The notes below the pieces were generated by a model. The model saw only the letters and a list, made by a program, of their open reading frames with translations. It was not told the DNA's origin and searched no databases. Position numbers and translations under genes: made by a program. Shown in pieces: positions 34,319-39,411 of a stretch of 39,411 nt of DNA; the stretch's first letter is position 1, and each line of letters begins with the position of its first letter. Source of the DNA: a virus (taxonomy: Duplodnaviria > Caudoviricetes); IMG/VR virus record IMGVR_UViG_3300025018_000279, positions 1 through 39,411 of that record; one strand, given 5' to 3'.

Positions 34319-34863
34319 TGGAACTGTGGCGCGTCACCATCGAGACCAAGGTCACACGCCACGTCGATGTGCCCGCCGCCACCGCCGCGCAGGCCCGCGA
34401 CCGCGCCGGGCTGCGGCTGCGCGCCGGGGAACGGATGGCGTCGGCGGTGCCGCTTTCCGAACTGGTCGCCGATCCCGACGCGACCACCCTGCTGCGCCAC
34501 CTCTCCAGCCGCGCCTACCTCGATCACGACGGCCAGTCGCAACTGCTGCAAGACTGGCTGCTGCGCGCCCGTGATCCAAGCACCACCAGGATCGGCAACG
34601 AGGCCCTCGCCATGGCCGGGATGCGGGTGCTGGCCCCGGCGCTGCCGCCCGCGCCCTGGCTGGTCGCCGTGGTTCACCCCAGCCGCAATCACGTGCTGGC
34701 CGACTGGCTGCAAGGCACCTGCTGGGCCAGCCTCGATCTTTTCAAGGTGCTGACCACCCTGCCCGGTGCCACGCGCTCACGCTGCTCGCGCTACTTCGCC
34801 GGGGTGTAATCGCGCTACGTCGCCGTGCCCTTCGATCTGTTCGTCCCGCCCGAGGATTTGTGA
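34318..34863 (+). pseudogene. Paralog of the helicase C-terminal domain with an in-frame TAA at 34807-34809 (truncated 163-aa product, or readthrough)
   Basis: Aligns by eye with the helicase C-terminus; similarity continues past the stop (GV*SRYVAVPF vs GVQTRGTDVPF) to a TGA overlapping the next ATG. Confidence 0.7.
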
Positions 34864-35141
34864 TGGTCGGCCTGATCCTGCCTGGTGACCGCCCGATGAC
34901 CGAAGACGAACGGCGCGGCTTTCGCATCGCCTGCGCCTGCTTTGCCACCTGGGGCCGGATGTTGCACCACGAGGCGGTCAAGCTGGCAGGCCCGGCCCAG
35001 CCGGTGGCGGGCTCGGCCCTGGCCGAAACCGGCCACCGCATGGTGTTCATGGCCGAGGCGCTGGACCTCACTCTTGGCCGGGGTCGCATCCCGCTGCCCG
35101 AAGATACCGAATTTCCGCAGGCCGCGCTGGCCTGCCCCTGA
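34863..35141 (+). CDS. Hypothetical protein (92 aa)
   Basis: GAGGA RBS; TGATG start. Confidence 0.7.
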   Translation: MVGLILPGDRPMTEDERRGFRIACACFATWGRMLHHEAVKLAGPAQPVAGSALAETGHRMVFMAEALDLTLGRGRIPLPEDTEFPQAALACP

Positions 35142-35245
35142 CGTCGCTGGCCGGGGTCGCTTCGGGTGCGCTGCTCGCCACCCGCCCGGAAACCGCAACA
35201 GCCCGGCCGCAAGCGGCAGACCGGGCCAGCCCCAAGGGGTGCACC

Positions 35246-35425
35246 ATGATTTACTGGTTTCTTCTCGGCCTTGCGCTCGGCATCGCCAATGGCGCGGCCA
35301 TGCTGGCCCTCTGGTATCGCTGGCAGGCATTGGCCGATCGCGATGCCGCGCGCGACGACGATGAATTTGCCGCCTCGATGGCCGAATGGGGTTACATCGG
35401 CCTGCGCCGGGGCGGCTCCAAATGA
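35246..35425 (+). CDS. 59-aa single-TM protein not in the ORF track (MIYWFLLGLALG...RRGGSK)
   Basis: Translated by hand; AAGGGG RBS; ATGA overlap with xis. Confidence 0.75.
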   Translation: MIYWFLLGLALGIANGAAMLALWYRWQALADRDAARDDDEFAASMAEWGYIGLRRGGSK

Positions 35426-35715
35426 TCACCGCACCCGCATTCATGCCCTTCTTCCTGACCGCCGACCAGGTCGCGGCCTGCCTCGGCCTTGACGATGGCC
35501 GCGCCTTCCTGCGCCGCCGTCCGGCGCTGGAAGCCACCGCGCTGTTCCCGCTGGCGATGCCGCACAGCCGCCGCCCGCTTTTGTGGAAGGCCGACGAGGT
35601 GCTGGCCTGGATCACCCGCAACGGTGGCCCCGCCCCGGCGCACGATCCCGGCGTCGACCCGGCGCTGATCGCCTCGGGCAAGGTCGCCCTGCTGGAAATG
35701 GCGAGGACCATCTGA
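35422..35715 (+). CDS. xis: Excisionase / AlpA-like winged-helix protein
   Basis: FLTADQVAACLGL...FP...LLWKADEVLAW pattern; immediately upstream of int. Confidence 0.8.
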   Translation: MITAPAFMPFFLTADQVAACLGLDDGRAFLRRRPALEATALFPLAMPHSRRPLLWKADEVLAWITRNGGPAPAHDPGVDPALIASGKVALLEMARTI

Positions 35716-35716
35716 C

Positions 35717-36901
35717 ATGGCCCGCAAATCCACCGTGACCGGCCCCGTCGTCGATGCCGCCCCCGGCCTGCGCCAACGGCTGCGCAGCGACGGCACGTGG
35801 CGCATCTGGTGGGAGCCGACGCCCGCCATGCGCAAGGCCGGCGCGAAGGTGGTGGAATTTGCGGCCGATGCCCCCGGCCATGCCGTGCGGCAGGCCCGCG
35901 GCCTGCACGAAAAGTGGTGCGCGCTTTTGGCTCCCGCTGCCGGGGCGCAACCTGTTGCGAAAAAGCGGATGCCGACCGCCAGGACCATCACCGATCTGAT
36001 TGCCGACTATCGCGCCGCGCTCGACTTTACCCGCAAACCGGCCAGCACCCGCCGCGTCTATGACGCCGATCTGCGTGCCATTGCCGGCAAATGGGGGCCG
36101 CAGCCGGTGGCGCTGTTTGACAAGCCAACGCTGGCGCGCTGGTATGAAACGCTGCATGCCGCCAGGGGTGTCACCCGCTCGCGCGCCATCCTGCGGATGA
36201 TGTCGGTGCTGATGAGCCATGCCGAACTGCGCGGCTGGCGGCCGGAAAACTCCAACCCGTGCCGCGGCCTGCGCACCGAAACGCCGCTGGAACGCGAACG
36301 CACCGCCAGTTGGGCCGAGATCAACGCGCTGCTGGCCGCCGCCCGCCGCCTGCGCACCCGCGCCGTGCTGACCGCGCTGTATCTGGTGCTGCTGGGCGGG
36401 CAGCGGCAGTATGACATTCTGCGTGCCCGCCCGGGCGACTTTTATCCGCTGCAACTGCCCGGCGAAAACCGGCCGATATGGGTCTGGCAGCTTGTGCAAT
36501 CCAAGCGCAAACGCGCGATCGAGGTGGCGATCCACACCATCGCCGTGCCGACCCTGCGCACCCAACTGATGCGCGCCCCCGATGGCCCCGGCACGCTGAT
36601 CTGGGACGAGGCAACCGGCAAACCGTTCACGCCCGACAGTTTTTTTCGCGCCTGGGAAAAGGTGCGCCTGGCCGCCGTTGCCGCCGCACCCAGCATCGCC
36701 ACCCTGCAATGGCGCGATCTGCGCCGCACCTTCTCGAACCTGTCGCGCGCGGGCGGGTCCAGTGATGCCGATACCGGCGATGCCCTTGGCAACACCGCCG
36801 CGAAAAACCCCAAACTGCGCCGCACCTACATGGCCCCGCAGCTCGCCACCACCCTGCGCGCCGTCACCGCCATCGTCACCCCCAAACAAAGGAAAGCCTG
36901 A
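35717..36901 (+). CDS. int: Tyrosine recombinase (integrase) with non-canonical catalytic residues
   Basis: STRRVY core-binding domain, NPC, GQRQYDIL (R), QSKR (K), RDLRRT, LGN, RRTY (Y). Confidence 0.93.
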   Translation: MARKSTVTGPVVDAAPGLRQRLRSDGTWRIWWEPTPAMRKAGAKVVEFAADAPGHAVRQARGLHEKWCALLAPAAGAQPVAKKRMPTARTITDLIADYRAALDFTRKPASTRRVYDADLRAIAGKWGPQPVALFDKPTLARWYETLHAARGVTRSRAILRMMSVLMSHAELRGWRPENSNPCRGLRTETPLERERTASWAEINALLAAARRLRTRAVLTALYLVLLGGQRQYDILRARPGDFYPLQLPGENRPIWVWQLVQSKRKRAIEVAIHTIAVPTLRTQLMRAPDGPGTLIWDEATGKPFTPDSFFRAWEKVRLAAVAAAPSIATLQWRDLRRTFSNLSRAGGSSDADTGDALGNTAAKNPKLRRTYMAPQLATTLRAVTAIVTPKQRKA

Positions 36902-37161
36902 TGATCACTTTTCGCGTGGCCTTTTGCCACGAAGGCATGTTCTGGAACGCCTATCTGGCGCAGCCCGATACCATGAAGGACGCCGTTCTGATCGGCTCCA
37001 TCGTCATGAGGGCAGTCGCCATCAACCCGGAGTGCCGGGCCGCTTTCGTGTCTGCGATGCGCGGCGTCATGGAGACGGCGAGTGCTGATTTGGGCGTGCC
37101 GATTGACGGCTGGAATGACCCCGTGTCCTGTCCGGAACACGAAAAGGCCAGCCGCGCATGA
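36901..37161 (+). CDS. Hypothetical protein (86 aa)
   Basis: Start overlaps the int stop; AAGGA RBS. Confidence 0.75.
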   Translation: MITFRVAFCHEGMFWNAYLAQPDTMKDAVLIGSIVMRAVAINPECRAAFVSAMRGVMETASADLGVPIDGWNDPVSCPEHEKASRA

Positions 37162-37391
37162 CCGCCCCCGCCCTGCAAATCCGGGGCTGCGGCACCAGTT
37201 GGTCGATCCTGGCTGACGGCGTGCCGCTGCCCACCCGCTACCATGGCCACCACCTCGCCACCGCCGCCCTGCGCGGCGTGCAACAGCGGCTCACCCCGCT
37301 GGTGCCGCGCCAATGCCTGCGCTGCACCACCCCATTCCCAAGCACCGGCAAAGGCAACCGCCTGTGCCGGGCATGCCAAAAGGATATCTGA
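37158..37391 (+). CDS. Small protein with a C-terminal C4 zinc finger
   Basis: CLRC...F.S.G.GNRLCRAC; ATGA-coupled. Confidence 0.8.
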   Translation: MTAPALQIRGCGTSWSILADGVPLPTRYHGHHLATAALRGVQQRLTPLVPRQCLRCTTPFPSTGKGNRLCRACQKDI

Positions 37392-37437
37392 TCCCGGTGC
37401 CGGGGAACATCGGCACGCCTCCCCGCTGCCTAAACTT

Positions 37438-37467
37438 GCCCCGACGCACCCGCGGCGGGGCTTTTTT
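37438..37467 (+). terminator. Rho-independent terminator of the int operon
   Basis: GCCCCGACGC-ACCC-GCGGCGGGGC followed by TTTTTT. Confidence 0.85.
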
Positions 37468-37474
37468 CGTGCAA

Positions 37475-37663
37475 GCGTCCGAGCGGCCGAATTCGGACAA
37501 CTCGGACGCTCGGACGGCATAACAGCCAAGTGTTTGAAAAATGGTGCACCCGGAGCGATTCGAACGCCCGGCCCTCAGATTCGTAGTCTGATCAGGTTCT
37601 TTGCATTTCAATGACTTAGATTAATCTATGTCATATCTTAACCCGATATATTGCAATGGGTTG
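37475..37663. promoter_or_regulatory. attP region with arm-type repeats and IHF-like sites
   Basis: TCGGAC repeats at 37475 (inverted), 37491, 37501, 37509; IHF-like boxes at 37527-37539 (minus), 37606-37618 and 37651-37663. Confidence 0.8.
37542..37592 (-). other. attP core: 3' half of tRNA-Arg(ACG), not a complete tRNA
   Basis: Minus strand ATCAGA-CTACGAA-TCTGA-GGGCC-GGGCG-TTCGAAT-CGCTC-CGGGTGC-ACCA gives anticodon arm, T arm, acceptor 3' strand and CCA; no D arm or 5' strand. Confidence 0.93.
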
Positions 37664-37685
37664 CAAAGGCTGCTTTGCTGGCAGG

Positions 37686-37946
37686 CTACTTTCCAATCGC
37701 CCGCCGCAAGTCATTGTCGCGCTGCACCAGCACGGCCTTTTCGGCCCCGCACTCGTTCAGTTCATCACCCAGCCGACCGGCCATGATCTCCCAGTCACGC
37801 ACGCCCAGAAAGGTTTCGGCCCGTGGGCACGGGGCTGTGATACTGGCATCAGGGGCCGGGATTTGTTGCCCGCCAACGGGTTTCAAGCCGCCGCAGGCTG
37901 CCAGCGGCAGGCACACGACAAGGATCAACATCGGCACGCGCTTCAT
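37686..37946 (-). CDS. o-spanin (Rz1-like lipoprotein)
   Basis: MKRVPMLILVVCLPLAAC lipobox; Pro-rich with two further Cys; overlaps the i-spanin in another frame; GGAGG RBS. Confidence 0.85.
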   Translation of the reverse strand: MKRVPMLILVVCLPLAACGGLKPVGGQQIPAPDASITAPCPRAETFLGVRDWEIMAGRLGDELNECGAEKAVLVQRDNDLRRAIGK

Positions 37947-38166
37947 CTTCGGCCCTCCTGGCAAGCGCGGCCTGGTCCGCGCGATAGGTCTCAAGCTTTG
38001 CACTGGCGGCCGATGCCAACTCGGCCGCGCGAAACAGATCGCGCTGCAGCGCCTGCTGGGCAGCCACATATCGCGCCTCGGTCGCCGCGACCCCACCATG
38101 CCGACCGTAGGCGTACGACCCCGACAGCAGCGCCACGGCGGCCAGAATGACCCATGGCGACGGCAT
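37849..38166 (-). CDS. i-spanin (Rz-like)
   Basis: N-terminal TM helix followed by coiled coil; follows the endolysin (TGATG). Confidence 0.8.
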   Translation of the reverse strand: MPSPWVILAAVALLSGSYAYGRHGGVAATEARYVAAQQALQRDLFRAAELASAASAKLETYRADQAALARRAEDEARADVDPCRVPAAGSLRRLETRWRATNPGP

Positions 38167-38780
38167 CAGCGCCATGCCGCCACCCGCGCGCGATGCTGGG
38201 CTTCGCTCAGCCGATAGTGCGGGGCCATGAATTCTTCGGCGCGGGTGATCCAGCCGCCCTTGCCACCATCGCGCCGGCGGGCATATTTGCGGCTGGCCGG
38301 GCGCAGGTCTCCGATGCGGTAGTAGAAGTCCCGCCGCGCCGCTCCGTAAGCATCGACAAAGCGACCCTCGGATACGTCGACGGCCCTGCGCGCGGCCTCT
38401 GCCGTCTTCGGCCCGATCTGGCCATCAACCGCAAGGCCGGCCCGGTAAGCGCTGTTCAGCAACCGTTGCAGGATTTTGACCGCGGTATCCCCGGCATTGA
38501 CCTGCATGTCGAACACACTGGCCTGAAGCGGCTCCGGCAGCGTGTTGATTTTTGGTCCCGTGAAATAATGGCGCAGGAATATTTCCGCAGCAAGGTCGGC
38601 GTTGACCAGTCGCACGTCGGCCGTGGTCACCCGCCCGTCGTGGTTCAGGTCCAGCCCCAGTCGCTGCATGGTCCCGATGGTGACGCCGAAGTTCGTTGCT
38701 CCGCCCGGATCGGCGGGGTCATCCACGAACCCGCCTTCCCGTTCCACAATGTCATCGGCAATTTCCTGCACGGTTTTCAT
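38166..38780 (-). CDS. Endolysin, GH108 muramidase with PG_binding_3 domain
   Basis: EGGFVDDPADPGGATNFGVT, VFDMQVNAG, LQRLL...VDGQIGPKT, GWITRA. Confidence 0.95.
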   Translation of the reverse strand: MKTVQEIADDIVEREGGFVDDPADPGGATNFGVTIGTMQRLGLDLNHDGRVTTADVRLVNADLAAEIFLRHYFTGPKINTLPEPLQASVFDMQVNAGDTAVKILQRLLNSAYRAGLAVDGQIGPKTAEAARRAVDVSEGRFVDAYGAARRDFYYRIGDLRPASRKYARRRDGGKGGWITRAEEFMAPHYRLSEAQHRARVAAWR

Positions 38781-38986
38781 TTTTTATCTCCTGACTGTTT
38801 CGTCCATGCGTCAAAGCCGAAAGCCGCACCGACGACGGCGAAAGTCGGCAGCAGCAGGGCGTTGGCCGCCAGCGTTGCCTGTGGCGCGATCACCCCCCAG
38901 CCGTAAAACCCCCACAGCACGAACAGGGCGAGCGTCGCCAACTCGCGCTTGTAGGTTTTTTCGGGTTTTGGTGGGGTATCGGTCAT
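38777..38986 (-). CDS. Putative holin (69 aa, 2 TM)
   Basis: Two hydrophobic segments and charged termini; ATGA-coupled to the endolysin. Confidence 0.7.
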   Translation of the reverse strand: MTDTPPKPEKTYKRELATLALFVLWGFYGWGVIAPQATLAANALLLPTFAVVGAAFGFDAWTKQSGDKK

Positions 38987-39005
38987 TGGTGATGGCCCTC
39001 TTTCC

Positions 39006-39314
39006 TCACGGTTTCCCTGCTGCCGCGAGCAGCAATTCTCGCAGCAGACTGTTTGTTTCGCTCTGCGTCGTTCGGATCAGCCCGATGTCGCGCTGCACTG
39101 CCGTCAGTGTGGACCGATCAGCGGCACTTTCCACTTCCAGCGCCAGGGTGCGCACTTGCTGCGCTGCAATGGCGGCCCTATTCTCCTTGGTCGCCTCCGC
39201 CAGGGATGTAATAGCGGCATCAAAGCGGCCAAAAAGCAAAGTCCCGCCGACCAACAAAGTAACAATATAGACCGCGACATTCCACTTCAGCTTCGGATCA
39301 AATTTAAATGGCAT
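39006..39314 (-). CDS. Single-TM coiled-coil membrane protein (possible holin/antiholin)
   Basis: MPFKFDPK start; one TM then heptad repeats; first gene of the lysis cassette; 5' end also present at 1-66. Confidence 0.7.
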   Translation of the reverse strand: MPFKFDPKLKWNVAVYIVTLLVGGTLLFGRFDAAITSLAEATKENRAAIAAQQVRTLALEVESAADRSTLTAVQRDIGLIRTTQSETNSLLRELLLAAAGKP

Positions 39315-39411
39315 TGCTGCCTTCTTTCTTTTTTGCAATTTCCTTCTCGCGTTCGGTGATCGGGCGGGCCGTGGCCTCGACCTTGCACCGCTCCATCGCG
39401 TTGATCAGATC
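39249..39411 (+). repeat. Terminal direct repeat, right copy
   Basis: Matches 1-163 with one mismatch. Confidence 0.97.

Larger units (their letters stand above)
1..39411. mobile_element. Complete temperate podovirus-like phage genome (excised/circular form), likely infecting an alphaproteobacterium
   Basis: Terminal 163-bp overlap; full set of integration, immunity, replication, packaging, head, short-tail, ejection and lysis genes; single attP-type site; no host genes seen. Confidence 0.95.

Noticed and set aside
34807-34809. Genome-wide stop-codon reassignment
   Set aside because: TAA is a normal stop in other coupled genes (e.g. the ends at 14259 and 34318); this is a single-site event.
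37542-37592. Phage-encoded tRNA-Arg gene
   Set aside because: Only the 3' half is present; upstream sequence gives no D arm or 5' acceptor strand, so it is an att core.
37621-37641. CtrA box in the attP right arm
   Set aside because: The two TTAA half-sites are 13 bp apart, not the 7 bp of the TTAA-N7-TTAA consensus.

Overview
The window is an apparently complete, circularly permuted temperate phage genome of about 39,248 bp. Bases 1-163 repeat at 39249-39411 with one mismatch. The high GC content, attP sequence and gene families suggest an alphaproteobacterial host, probably Rhodobacterales (inference). The virion module is podovirus-like, with BPP-1/T7-type gene order. The minus strand carries cro, small early genes, a Toprim primase, a P-loop helicase, an iteron-rich origin, terS, terL, portal, scaffold, capsid, tail tube A/B, ejection proteins, a tail fibre, a type-B carboxylesterase and a holin/GH108 endolysin/spanin lysis cassette. 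The plus strand carries cI, two low-GC envelope morons and an xis-int operon ending at an attP that contains the 3' half of tRNA-Arg(ACG). Main observation: a second att-like site lies 12.25 kb away at the terS/terL junction. It is a 21-bp palindrome matching the att core at 14/17 positions, with the same TCGGACG repeats and IHF-like boxes, and the integrase has a non-canonical active site. This could be an undescribed second activity of the integrase (hairpin-telomere formation, excision of a PICI-like sub-replicon, or inversion). Also notable: a stand-alone paralog of the helicase C-terminal domain carrying an in-frame stop, a CI lacking the catalytic Lys, a lysozyme-like plus ddrB-ParB ejection protein, and a structured capsid leader. 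All functional calls come from motif recognition by eye; no database searches were run.
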